Shown here piece by piece: positions 48,731 to 58,180 of a stretch of 64,000 bases of DNA. The DNA is from an uncultured bacterium (GTDB taxonomy: Bacteria; Cyanobacteriota; Cyanobacteriia; Cyanobacteriales; Nostocaceae): the NCBI GenBank assembly GCA_964246695.1, contig CAXTSI010000002.1:2690-66689 (forward strand), given 5' to 3'. The position numbers and the translations under genes were made by a program. Under the pieces are notes generated by a model that searched no databases, was not told the origin of the DNA, and saw only the letters and a list, made by a program, of their open reading frames with translations. Numbering within the stretch: the first letter of the stretch is position 1; each line of letters begins with the position of its first letter.

Positions 48731-49438
48731 ATGATTGAACTTTACTATTGGACAACACCAAACGGTCACAAAATCACGATGTTCCTTGAGGAAGTCGGAT
48801 TGCCCTACACCATCGTTCCCGTCAACATTGGCGCTGGCGAACAGTTCAAACCGGAATTTCTCAAAATTTCCCCCAACAATCGCATCCCTGCAATTGTTGA
48901 CCATGAACCTGCAACTGGTGGCGAACCAATTTCAGTGTTTGAATCTGGTGCAATTCTACTGTACTTAGCAGAAAAAACCGGGAAGTTGATCGGCGTTGAT
49001 TTGCGCGATCGCGTTGAAGTCCTTCAGTGGCTATTTTGGCAAATGGCGGGTTTGGGACCAATGGCTGGTCAAAACCACCACTTTAGCCAATATGCTCCCG
49101 AAAAAATTCCCTATGCCGTTAACCGCTATGTGAATGAAACAGCGAGACTATATGCCGTGCTGGATAAGCGACTTGCAGATAGACAGTTTGTAGCTGGCGA
49201 TTATTCAATTGCCGATATTGCTGCTTATCCTTGGATTGTAGCACATGAGATCCAAAGCCAAAAGCTAGAGGATTTTCCCAACCTCAAGCGCTGGTTCGAG
49301 ACGATTCACGGGCGTCCGGCAACGGTTCGTGCCTACGAAAAGGCAGAGGCGTTCAAAAATCAGAAGCTTGATCTTGAGAAGTCGCGGGAGTTGTTATTTA
49401 ACCAGTCAGCCAATACAATTCAGCGTCCTAATTCATAA
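48731..49438 (+). CDS. Glutathione S-transferase (Nu-class, YfcG/YghU-like)
   Basis: 'MIELYYWTTPNGHKITMFLEEVGLPYTIVPVNIGAGEQFKPEFLKISPNNRIPAIVD' and 'ESGAILLYLAEKTG'. Confidence 0.85.
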   Translation: MIELYYWTTPNGHKITMFLEEVGLPYTIVPVNIGAGEQFKPEFLKISPNNRIPAIVDHEPATGGEPISVFESGAILLYLAEKTGKLIGVDLRDRVEVLQWLFWQMAGLGPMAGQNHHFSQYAPEKIPYAVNRYVNETARLYAVLDKRLADRQFVAGDYSIADIAAYPWIVAHEIQSQKLEDFPNLKRWFETIHGRPATVRAYEKAEAFKNQKLDLEKSRELLFNQSANTIQRPNS

Positions 49439-49921
49439 TTCGTAATTTGTAATGCGTAATTAGGGATTTCCAACTATTTCTTGTCGGATAAGCTCTAAGC
49501 GCCCGTCCTACGAACATCGATCAACTCCCTTTCAGAGGAAACTCTTAACAGGGAACTCTTAACAGTGTATCCCACGGATGGGCGCCGTGGGATTGTAACA
49601 AGGACGTAGTTTTTCTTGCGCTTACGCCAGAGCGAAAAACATCTTTCTTAAAAGTGGGCTTTAAACGGGATCTTAGGACGACAGATTTCGCTCTAACGTC
49701 CAGAATTGGGCAATTAGACGGAAACTGTCAGTCTAAATAATAGTTAGCCTGCCTTGCATATCTTATGTTTAATTAGATGAATTTATGTGTTGTAAGATAA
49801 CATATTGACCAGATTTTTGGATAGATTATCGAAACAAGAACAATCTGGAAGAGCATCATGCATATCATCCTAAAAACGGCAAGATTTTTTGCTCTATATC
49901 AAAATAAAAGGAAGCTGCGCA

Positions 49922-50923
49922 ATGAGCGATCTGAAGCTTGACATCGCCTTCTGGGATTACGACCGGACGCGCGCGTTGTCCGATGGTACTGTTAAGATCG
50001 ACGGCGTCGATGCCACCTTCCACAGCGGCCGCATTGTCACGGAAATCTTCGAGCGCATGATTCGGCAGCGTGATTTTGATGTGTCGGAACTTGGGATGAC
50101 GTACTATCTACGTACCCTCGACTTCGATGATCCGCCGTTCATCGCCCTGCCGGTCTTCCCGAACCGTTGCTTTCGGCACTCGGCGATCTACATCAACACG
50201 GCGAGTGGCATCAAAAGGCCGGAGGATATCGCCGGCAAAACCGTCGGTGAATTTGCGGTGTATGGCCACGACGCAGGCGTATGGCCGAAGGGCATTCTGT
50301 CCGACGATTATGGCGTAGCACCGGATCAGTGCCGCTGGATCGTCGGGGGCCTTGATTGGCCCCTGCAGCCGATCGACTTCATTCCGCATCCGCATCCTGC
50401 CAACATTGAGGTGATGTCGGCCCCCGAAGGCAAGGAACTGGGAGAAATGCTTGAAGGGGGAGAGATCGACGCGCTGATCTCGGCTGATGTGCCTAAGTGC
50501 GTGCTAAATAAGTCACCAAAGGTCGCGCGGCTATTCGACGAGTATGAGTCCGCAGAGCGTGATTACTATCAACGCACGGGCATCTTTCCGATCATGCACA
50601 CGGTCGTGGTTCGCAGGGAACTCCTGTCAGAGTACCCAGAGATAGTTAAGACTGTCTACCAGGGCTTCTGCGACGCGAAAGACATCGCAATGGAGCAGTA
50701 CAAGAAGGGTTTGATCTTCAATAACATGGGCATCATGATCCCCTGGTTCAGCAAGCTCGTTGACGAGGATCGCAGTCTGCTAGGCGAGGACTGGTGGCCC
50801 TACGGCGTCGAAGCCAATCGCAAAGCAGTTGACACCTTCTTGCGCTACCATTTCGAACAGGGACTGTCGAAGCGACGGCTGACCTGCGAGGACATCTTCG
50901 CGCCTGAGCTCCTCGGCACGTGA
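49922..50923 (+). CDS. 4,5-dihydroxyphthalate decarboxylase-like protein (PhtD family), in a high-GC island
   Basis: 'MSDLKLDIAFWDYDRTRALSDGTVKIDGVD', 'FDVSELGMTYY', 'FIALPVFPNRCFRHSAIYIN' and 'YYQRTGIFPIMHTVVVRR' match my recollection of PhtD-like proteins. An AAGGAAG RBS precedes the ATG at 49922. Confidence 0.7.
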   Translation: MSDLKLDIAFWDYDRTRALSDGTVKIDGVDATFHSGRIVTEIFERMIRQRDFDVSELGMTYYLRTLDFDDPPFIALPVFPNRCFRHSAIYINTASGIKRPEDIAGKTVGEFAVYGHDAGVWPKGILSDDYGVAPDQCRWIVGGLDWPLQPIDFIPHPHPANIEVMSAPEGKELGEMLEGGEIDALISADVPKCVLNKSPKVARLFDEYESAERDYYQRTGIFPIMHTVVVRRELLSEYPEIVKTVYQGFCDAKDIAMEQYKKGLIFNNMGIMIPWFSKLVDEDRSLLGEDWWPYGVEANRKAVDTFLRYHFEQGLSKRRLTCEDIFAPELLGT

Positions 50924-51048
50924 CCACCATGAGACTCATCGGCGAAGAAAAGGGGACATTCCTAATATCGACAGTTGTAGCAGGCAGTCGCATGCTAACA
51001 ACGCAGTGGAGCGGACAGTCGAGGGTCTGGGTAAATTTTTAGAAGCGG

Positions 51049-51948
51049 TTAAAGCAACTTTTGCACCTTAGTTTCGGGTAATCCAGTCACTTGGCTTACT
51101 TGTGCGATTGACATCCCTGAGGAGAGTAAATTGCGTGCTATCTGTAGCACTTGCTCTAAAGCCAGTTCAGCCCTTGTACGTTCTTCTTCAACATCAGTTG
51201 GTATCCAATTGCCTTGAGCATCATACCACCGCAGCCAAAGGCGAGGAATCCTAAAGAACTCTCCGAACCATAATCCCAGCCCAATTTCCAACTCCGGAAT
51301 CCAGATACGGGGATTTTCCCTATCTAGCGGTTGTTCTTGGTAATGCGCTCCCTCTAGTTGAAAGAACCGCACACGATTTGTGTAGCGACTAAATACAATA
51401 TAGTATGGCACTCTTAACAGTTGCTCATATACTTCCCATTTCGTTGGCGGAGTGTTTTTTGTTACCTGCGTATGATTTTCTTCTGGGGAAGGCAATTCTG
51501 CACTTGCCTGCGGTTGAGATGATTCTACCGCCTCTAGTTCTTCTTCAGCATATGGACCTAGGTCTTCTTTTTGCGTACCCGGAGAGAGAAATTCGACAAC
51601 AACGAAGGGGTTTCTTCCCTCAATCCACGTTACGTAACTACGTCTCAAATCTCCTCCTGGGTATAACCTTGGCACACTCACAGCTAAAAACCAATCGGGA
51701 CGTTTGTGCCAAAGGGGATGGGCTACATCGTAGTACAAATTTAAATCCGTACCTGTAAAGAACTCATAAGGATTATAGTTTAACAGGCGCAGAGTCAAAC
51801 TCAATAGTTGGGGTTGGAGGTCATGAAATTCATCTGGCAACCCTGGTTCCTCCGGGTCTTCACTAGGTAGATCGTACATCGTCGGCAGAACTTGCGCTGG
51901 TGGCAGGGGTGGATCTGATTGAGCGATGGGAAAGGAAAAGCGATTCAT
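51049..51948 (-). CDS. Uma2 family (DUF820) endonuclease-like protein with a C-terminal helical/HTH-like extension
   Basis: 'LPTMYDLPSEDPEEPGLPDEFHDLQPQLL', 'KRPDWFLAV', 'FVVVEFLSPGT', and tail '...MSIAQVSQVTGLPETKVQKLL'. Confidence 0.8.
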   Translation of the reverse strand: MNRFSFPIAQSDPPLPPAQVLPTMYDLPSEDPEEPGLPDEFHDLQPQLLSLTLRLLNYNPYEFFTGTDLNLYYDVAHPLWHKRPDWFLAVSVPRLYPGGDLRRSYVTWIEGRNPFVVVEFLSPGTQKEDLGPYAEEELEAVESSQPQASAELPSPEENHTQVTKNTPPTKWEVYEQLLRVPYYIVFSRYTNRVRFFQLEGAHYQEQPLDRENPRIWIPELEIGLGLWFGEFFRIPRLWLRWYDAQGNWIPTDVEEERTRAELALEQVLQIARNLLSSGMSIAQVSQVTGLPETKVQKLL

Positions 51949-52234
51949 AGGGTGTATACAGCATTATTGGAACTTGCTCTGTTTCCATATTACCGTCATC
52001 GAATCTGTTGAAATTAAGCAAAAAGCAGCCAGACAACCCGTTTCTCTGCATCTAATGAAAGCGCCATAGCCTCTAGAAATTAAGTGTCAAGCTAGCTTCA
52101 ATGAAGTTATGTTCTAATTAGAACAGTCGAGTTATTTATCAGCAATGCTTAGTCCTGCCAAGGCTGCGGCAAAATAATCCTTTATTCCTATCATGCATTA
52201 ACTTGCACGGGTCTACCAAGCATTTTCTGCTTGC

Positions 52235-52339
52235 TCAGAGAGTCACGTGCGCCAACTTGGATTGACCCCAGCTCAATTTGATGCGATCGCCACACTAGGT
52301 AATACAAATGGTCTGCACTCTAATGCTGCTGTTTTGTGA
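52235..52339 (+). pseudogene. 34-codon fragment of a MarR-type regulator
   Basis: 'SESHVRQLGLTPAQFDAIATLGNTNGL' resembles the MarR alpha2-alpha3 region. No start codon is present and the stop is premature. Confidence 0.35.
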
Positions 52340-52596
52340 GGTGTAGAAAGCTTACCCAGTATCTTTAACGCCGAGGAAGATTGCTTTCCAGTTCAGGAGG
52401 TATAGACTGTAAATTGACCAGATTGTCGGGGCGGGGTAACCTCGCCCCGACGCTTTATCTTTAGTACTTATGTAATATGTATAATTTAATATAAATTTTT
52501 GCGTATTTTAACAGTAAATTTACAGTTACTTTACTCTAATTTTATATTTTTTTAGCCTAACTTGGGAGAAGCTACTATTGTGTTGGAGTAGCTTTT

Positions 52597-53841
52597 ATGA
52601 CATCTATGAAGAATTTATCATTACCTGTAAGCGAAATCAAAAGATTTTCAGTAAGAACCGCAGTTGCTGTTGGCTTAAGCTTACTCAGTATGGGTGAGGC
52701 GAGTGCTTATACCTTCACTAAAGTCGCTGACACTACTAGCGGCTATAGTTCCTTCGTGAATACCCCTCCTGCTATTAATAATCAAGGAACTGTAGTCTTT
52801 TTTGCTAACTTAGATGCGGGAAGACAAGGTGTTTTCACTGGCAACGGCACCACAACAACTACGATTGCTGATACCAGTAGTCTTTTTCGCTCATTTTCTT
52901 CTTATCCTTCCATAAACGATCGCGGAACTGTAGCATTTGCTGCATCATTAAATGATGGAAATGATGGAGAAATTCCGTCGAGTGTGGGGATTTTCACTGG
53001 TGACGGAACAACAGTTAACACGATTACCACCGTTCGTCCCAAAAGCTTTAATTCTAAGTACGATTATATTACCCTTGATTTTCCGTCTATCAATAACGCA
53101 GGCGCCTTAGCTTTCAGACAAAAAACCAACTATACCAACAGTATTCTCACAAAGAATGGAACAACTCTCGACGACGTAGTGCTCGGTCAAGAACTCATAC
53201 AGCCTCTCATGAACAATGTCGGAACAGTCACTTACATACATGATAACACTGTAGGAAACGCGGAGAGTACAATTGTCGCGAACGATGGAACAAACAAGAG
53301 TGTCATTGCTGACACTACTGGTATCCCCCGGCTGTCCAATTTTATGAGGATCGGATCTACCGAGGGAGGTTTCTCGGAGAATAATAAAGGCAATGTAGCT
53401 TTTTACACTGTGACTTACGATGCAACGGGAGCTGGAGTAGGTAACGCGATTTTGAAGAGCAATGGAACCACAAGAACTACTATTGCTGACATCAGCGGTC
53501 CCTTTAGCAGTCTGTCTACCCCCTCAATAAACGATCTAGGAATCGTGGTCTTTTTGGCAAGCCTGAATCAGGGGGGTCAAGGTATCTTTACTGGACCCGA
53601 TTCAGTACGTGATAAGGTCATCGCCACTGGTGATTCCCTGTCTGGTTCGACAGTCACAAGCCTTACTTTTGGTCGTGGTTCAAAGGGACTGAATAATTCC
53701 GGTCAAGTTGCATTTCTTGCTCAACTTGCTAATGGCACCAGCGGCATCTTCCGTGCCGACCCGGATAGTCTTACTTCTAAAAAGCTGTATCACCACAACT
53801 TCCATCACCACTTTCCAAAGCTTGCAACAAGTAGCAGATAG
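52597..53841 (+). CDS. Exported tandem-repeat protein of the NxxGxxAF ('choice-of-anchor') repeat type
   Basis: Signal peptide, then at least 7 repeats such as 'INNQGTVVFFANLDAGRQGVFTG', 'INDRGTVAFAASL', 'INNAGALAFRQ', 'NNKGNVAFYT', 'INDLGIVVFLASLNQGGQGIFTG', 'NNSGQVAFLAQLANGTSGIFR'. Confidence 0.7.
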   Translation: MTSMKNLSLPVSEIKRFSVRTAVAVGLSLLSMGEASAYTFTKVADTTSGYSSFVNTPPAINNQGTVVFFANLDAGRQGVFTGNGTTTTTIADTSSLFRSFSSYPSINDRGTVAFAASLNDGNDGEIPSSVGIFTGDGTTVNTITTVRPKSFNSKYDYITLDFPSINNAGALAFRQKTNYTNSILTKNGTTLDDVVLGQELIQPLMNNVGTVTYIHDNTVGNAESTIVANDGTNKSVIADTTGIPRLSNFMRIGSTEGGFSENNKGNVAFYTVTYDATGAGVGNAILKSNGTTRTTIADISGPFSSLSTPSINDLGIVVFLASLNQGGQGIFTGPDSVRDKVIATGDSLSGSTVTSLTFGRGSKGLNNSGQVAFLAQLANGTSGIFRADPDSLTSKKLYHHNFHHHFPKLATSSR

Positions 53842-53863
53842 CTGTTATAATTCGTAATTCGTA

Positions 53864-53982
53864 AATGGGCGTTGCTTTCAATTTGTATGAATCCGGATGT
53901 AGAGACGTAGCACTTCTACGTCTCTACAATGATTTTGGTCCGCACGTAAAATCATTTTCATACATGGAATCAGCAACGCCCG
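53864..53982. repeat. Hairpin repeat (GGGCGTTGCT...AGCAACGCCC with inner GTAGAGACGTAG...CTACGTCTCTAC)
   Basis: Read directly. The inner 'GTAGAGACG...CGTCTCTAC' module recurs at about 30650 and about 58090..58170. Confidence 0.65.
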
Positions 53983-54041
53983 TAAATTATTACCATAATG
54001 ACGAATTCCGAATTATACTGTGTAGCAAGCAACAGGAGAAT

Positions 54042-55232
54042 GTGGATAAGTTGAAGCCGGATGGAGTTGGTAAGACACGAGTCTCATTAGGAGTGTTGGG
54101 TGCAGCTGCCTTTATGGTAATTGCTGATGCGCGGGTGATTGACCCGCTGCTTCACATCATTGCTGACGAGTTTAAAACCGGAGTTGGAAGTGCGGCGGTG
54201 ATTGTCTCGGCATACACAATTCCCTACGGGCTGTTCCAATTAGTTTATGGTCCACTGGGCGATCGCATTGGAAAACTCAAAGTGATGACGGTTGCAATGG
54301 GAGCATTTGCAGTTGGGACAGCAGTTTGTGCGATCGTGCCAAATATTGCCCTACTTACCTTACTGCGGTTTCTGACGGGTATGGTTGCAGCTGCTATCAT
54401 CCCGCTCTCACTAGCTTACATCGGCGACAACTTTCCTTACGAAGAACGTCAAGCGGCAATCGGACGTTATGTGGGTGCGCTCGTATTGGGTCAGATCCTT
54501 GGCGGCAGTTTAGGTGGTATTTTTGGAGAATATATTAGCTGGCGTGATATCTTTTTACTATTTGGGATCGTTTCTCTTGGCATTGCGGTGATGATGTGGC
54601 GTGCCATCCGCAACGTACCAGATAGACATCGTTCTCAAGGTCCGGTGGGTTTGGTAACGTTTCAGCCTTACTATGAACTCATGACCCAACCCGCTGCCCG
54701 TACTATCATTGTGGCGGTGTTTATTGAAGGCTTTTGCCTATTCGGGGGATTCTCTTACATCGGTGCATTTCTTCGCGACCGATATCACCTATCCTACATT
54801 GCGATTGGGTTTATGCTCAGTGGTTTTGGGTTTGGTGGGCTGATTTACAGTCGTTCTGTGAAGTGGCTAGTCAGCAGACTTGGTGAGAACGGTTTGATTG
54901 GGGTCGGAGGATGGTTAATGTGCGCTGGGTACTCGTCGATCGCAGTGTTCCAGAACTGGATACTGTTTATCCCCTTAAGTATTATGATGGGATTGGGCTT
55001 CTATATGATGCATAGTACGCTTCAAACGCGAGCGACGGAACTAGCACCTGAGGCACGCGGTACAGCAGTTGCGCTGTTCGTGTTCAACCTGTTTATTGGA
55101 CAGGGACTCGGTACAGCAGTATTTGGTAGAGTTGTGGATAGTTCCGGCTACATTCCTTGTTTTGTTGTGGCTGGTGTGGCGATCGCCCTGCTTTCTGTTT
55201 GGCTGGTGAACCAGAACTCCCGTGTTGGGTGA
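54042..55232 (+). CDS. MFS transporter
   Basis: GTG at 54042 preceded by AGGAGA. 12-TM-like profile. 'GPLGDRIGKLKVM' (motif A-like). Confidence 0.8.
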   Translation: MDKLKPDGVGKTRVSLGVLGAAAFMVIADARVIDPLLHIIADEFKTGVGSAAVIVSAYTIPYGLFQLVYGPLGDRIGKLKVMTVAMGAFAVGTAVCAIVPNIALLTLLRFLTGMVAAAIIPLSLAYIGDNFPYEERQAAIGRYVGALVLGQILGGSLGGIFGEYISWRDIFLLFGIVSLGIAVMMWRAIRNVPDRHRSQGPVGLVTFQPYYELMTQPAARTIIVAVFIEGFCLFGGFSYIGAFLRDRYHLSYIAIGFMLSGFGFGGLIYSRSVKWLVSRLGENGLIGVGGWLMCAGYSSIAVFQNWILFIPLSIMMGLGFYMMHSTLQTRATELAPEARGTAVALFVFNLFIGQGLGTAVFGRVVDSSGYIPCFVVAGVAIALLSVWLVNQNSRVG

Positions 55233-55368
55233 TCGTTTCAAATAACGTATGCAAATGAAGTTGATAGGTTTGCCCTAGACATCAAAGCGGAACTATAAAA
55301 ACTCGATAAGAAGTAGAATAGCCTGAGAAAATGTGTTCTGATAGTTGGTAGCAGCAAAATCAAAAAGG

Positions 55369-56052
55369 ATGAATGGCAAGTTAATTGTATTTGAAGGGGT
55401 GGAAGGTTGCGGCAAAACAAGCCTGATACAGCTTTGTTGTGAATGGCTGCGTAGAGACTTTGCATGTAAAGTCTCTACATCTGTAGTCGTGACTCGTGAA
55501 CCTGGGGGAACAGACTTAGGCTTGCATCTGCGGCGCTTGTTGCTAGAATTCGGGGAACACCCAATTGCTGACATGACGGAATTACTTTTATATGCTGCTG
55601 ACCGATCGCAACACGTAGAACAAGAACTTAAGCCTAATTTGGCAAAGGGGGCAATTATTTTATGCGATCGCTACACTGACTCTACCATCGCTTACCAAGG
55701 TTATGGTCGCGGATTAGACATCAATTTAATTAATCAGCTAAACGCTATTGCTACGTCCGGTTTACAAAGCGACCTGACTTTGTGGTTAGATGTTGATGTT
55801 GAGGTGGGACTTGCTCGTAAAAGGGGAGCTTCTCCTAACGGAGACGCTTCGCGAACGCGAACAGTCATAGCTGACCGCATCGAAAAAGAGCAGATCGCTT
55901 TTCATCGCCGGGTACAGCAAGGATATATAGAGTTAGCTGCATCCCATCCGCATCGAATTGTACGCATAGATGCTAGCTTGGAGAAAGAAGCGGTCCTTGA
56001 ACAGATTCGCTTAATTTTGAGCGATCGGCTTGAAGCTTGGGGGTCGGTATGA
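55369..56052 (+). CDS. tmk: dTMP (thymidylate) kinase
   Basis: 'MNGKLIVFEGVEGCGKTS', 'REPGGT', 'LCDRYTDSTIAYQG', 'LWLDVDVEVGLAR'. Confidence 0.9.
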   Translation: MNGKLIVFEGVEGCGKTSLIQLCCEWLRRDFACKVSTSVVVTREPGGTDLGLHLRRLLLEFGEHPIADMTELLLYAADRSQHVEQELKPNLAKGAIILCDRYTDSTIAYQGYGRGLDINLINQLNAIATSGLQSDLTLWLDVDVEVGLARKRGASPNGDASRTRTVIADRIEKEQIAFHRRVQQGYIELAASHPHRIVRIDASLEKEAVLEQIRLILSDRLEAWGSV

Positions 56053-56214
56053 ATTTTTCCCCCCTTCCCTACGAGGGAAGGGGGGCGGGAGTGGCTTCAA
56101 CAGCCCAACTAACTGTTAAGTGTATTCCAACTAAAAAAGTGCTCGGTTTTTCTTGTGGTGGCTCATTTTTTAGATAGATAACGCCCTAGAGACAGCGATC
56201 GCATTTTGGATAAA

Positions 56215-56415
56215 TTATGCCCTTTCATCAGTACTACTTCCCTTGCTCTTAACAGATTTCCACCACTCGCCGAGGGGACTAGAATCAGCTACTACGCGGT
56301 AGTACTCAATTTCTTCTCTTGGGGTAAGGTTTTGAATGTCCGCTGCTATTTTTTCCTGGACTTGCTCTTTAAACTTTAAGCAGTCAAAATCTTTCTTAAA
56401 TTTTGTTTGATTCAT
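56215..56415 (-). CDS. Small hypothetical protein overlapping the 3' end of the PIN gene (possible cognate partner)
   Basis: 66-aa ORF with a 20-nt overlap with the upstream PIN gene. No family recognised. Confidence 0.4.
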   Translation of the reverse strand: MNQTKFKKDFDCLKFKEQVQEKIAADIQNLTPREEIEYYRVVADSSPLGEWWKSVKSKGSSTDERA

Positions 56416-56869
56416 CGAAAGAAACCTCCTTGGGTGAAATAATTGTTAAAATTCCGTAACCATTGAGCAAGTTGATTTGATTGTATGCTTTCATCTTATC
56501 AAGTCTAACAATGTGTTTAAAATTCCATAACACTATAGCATCGGCTCTAGCTACGGTAGCAGCTGCTACATGAGTGGCATCATTGATAGACTTAGATGTG
56601 ACAACACCTGCGGTCAGGTAGGCATTTCGGAGAGTAATGATTTCCTCTGTTAATGGAACATTTTCAATAGCATCATTAGAAATCAATGTTAATATATTGC
56701 GAACGTCAAGTGGAGCATTTGCTAATTCATCAAGAATTAAGTTACTCAAAAGCATAATCACTTTATTATTGCGTATTGCCTCTATCAACTGTTGTGATTC
56801 TGCGGCAAACTCAACGTCTAAGCAACCTCCTATGACTGAAGTGTCAACGTATATTCTTAAAGGCTTCAT
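56396..56869 (-). CDS. PIN-domain protein (VapC-like toxin)
   Basis: 'LRIYVDTSVIGG' (first acidic residue), '...LILDELANA', 'NDATHVAAATVARADAIVLWNFKHI'. Confidence 0.7.
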   Translation of the reverse strand: MKPLRIYVDTSVIGGCLDVEFAAESQQLIEAIRNNKVIMLLSNLILDELANAPLDVRNILTLISNDAIENVPLTEEIITLRNAYLTAGVVTSKSINDATHVAAATVARADAIVLWNFKHIVRLDKMKAYNQINLLNGYGILTIISPKEVSFDESNKI

Positions 56870-57037
56870 CTGATAATTTCTCCGGCTTTTCTTTTGAAAA
56901 AAATTTCTGGACAGTAATCTGGAAGTAGCACGATCTGATACAAGTTTTAATGCGGTTGAATTTGCGACTCCGATGCTACCGAATTTGATATAACTTCCGT
57001 ATTGTTTGGATGCATAAACTTTCCCCCTTGTCTATTT

Positions 57038-58021
57038 ATGTTAACTAATAATCATTTCGCACCACTTATAGGACAACAACAAGCAGTAGATTTACTGACG
57101 CAAGCTGTCAGACAAAACCGGGTTGCTCCAGCATATCTGTTTGCCGGACCCGATGGTGTGGGACGGAGTTTAGCAGCACGGTGCTTTGTAGAAATGCTAT
57201 TTGCTACACATCAAAGGGACGTCGTAGGGGCGGGGTTCCCCCGCCCATCTGGGATTCTTGACAATCGTGTGCGTCAAGGCAACCACCCCGATTTATTATG
57301 GGTACAGCCAACCTACCTGCACCAAGGACAACGACTGACCGCAACGGAAGCAGCCGAGAAAGGACTCAAGCGCAAAGCACTGCCTGCAATTCGCCTAGAA
57401 CAGATTCGGGAAATTACCGAGTTTCTGGGTCGTCTGCCGTTGGCAGCCCCAAAAAATGTGGTAGTGCTAGAACAAGCAGAAACAATGGCGGAAGCCGCAG
57501 CCAACGCCTTACTTAAGACCTTGGAAGAACCAGGACAGGCAACGCTGATTTTAATTGCGCCTTCGCCTGAATTTTTGTTGCCAACGTTGGTGTCACGCTG
57601 TCAACGGATTCCTTTTTACCGTTTAGATGCAGCCGCGATGACTCAGATACTGACGCAAACTGGCAATGAGGAAATTTTGCAGCATCCGTTCGTGTTAAGC
57701 ATTGCAGCTGGCAGTCCGGGGGAGGCGATCGCATCTTACAAGCAAATGCATGCTATTCCTCCTGAACTATTACAAGCCCTGACCAAAGCACCTTCATCCT
57801 ACCGCAACGCCCTAGAATTAGCCAAACAAATCGATCAAGCTATAGATACAGAAGCCCAGTTGTGGTTAGTCGATTATCTTCAGCAATTCTACTGGCAGCA
57901 GTGGCATCAACCAAGTATAATCAATCAGCTAGAACAAGCCCGACGAGCTCTGCTTTGCTACGCCCAGCCACGCCTAGTTTGGGAATGCACATTTTTGTCA
58001 ATGTGTCAACCATCTAACTAG
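57038..58021 (+). CDS. holB: DNA polymerase III subunit delta'
   Basis: 'LIGQQQAVDLLTQAVRQNRVAPAYLFAGPDGVGRSLAARCF', 'NHPDLLWVQPTY', 'ANALLKTLEEPG', 'TLVSRCQRIPF'. Confidence 0.9.
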   Translation: MLTNNHFAPLIGQQQAVDLLTQAVRQNRVAPAYLFAGPDGVGRSLAARCFVEMLFATHQRDVVGAGFPRPSGILDNRVRQGNHPDLLWVQPTYLHQGQRLTATEAAEKGLKRKALPAIRLEQIREITEFLGRLPLAAPKNVVVLEQAETMAEAAANALLKTLEEPGQATLILIAPSPEFLLPTLVSRCQRIPFYRLDAAAMTQILTQTGNEEILQHPFVLSIAAGSPGEAIASYKQMHAIPPELLQALTKAPSSYRNALELAKQIDQAIDTEAQLWLVDYLQQFYWQQWHQPSIINQLEQARRALLCYAQPRLVWECTFLSMCQPSN

Positions 58022-58180
58022 CGTCTACACTAAGGTGCGCTCTTCTCCGAAGGGGAGAGGCTAACGCACCTCATGTAAACGGTGCGTTACGGCACACAGA
58101 GTAGAGACGCGAAATTTGAGCCAGCGCCGTGCGGGGGTGGAGGAGTTTGAGGCGACTGGCGTCGCGTCTCTTGAGGCATG
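58022..58180. repeat. Nested GC-rich small dispersed repeats / hairpins
   Basis: 'GTAGAGACGCG...CGCGTCTCT' and 'GGTGCGTTA...TAACGCACC' arms, sharing modules with about 25795, about 30650 and about 46190. Confidence 0.6.

Noticed and set aside
56059-56085. The 11-bp-stem hairpin CCCCCCTTCCC-N5-GGGAAGGGGGG after tmk was considered as an intrinsic terminator.
   Set aside because: No U-tract follows on either strand. It belongs to a dispersed hairpin-repeat family (compare about 19445..19470), so a terminator function is unproven.
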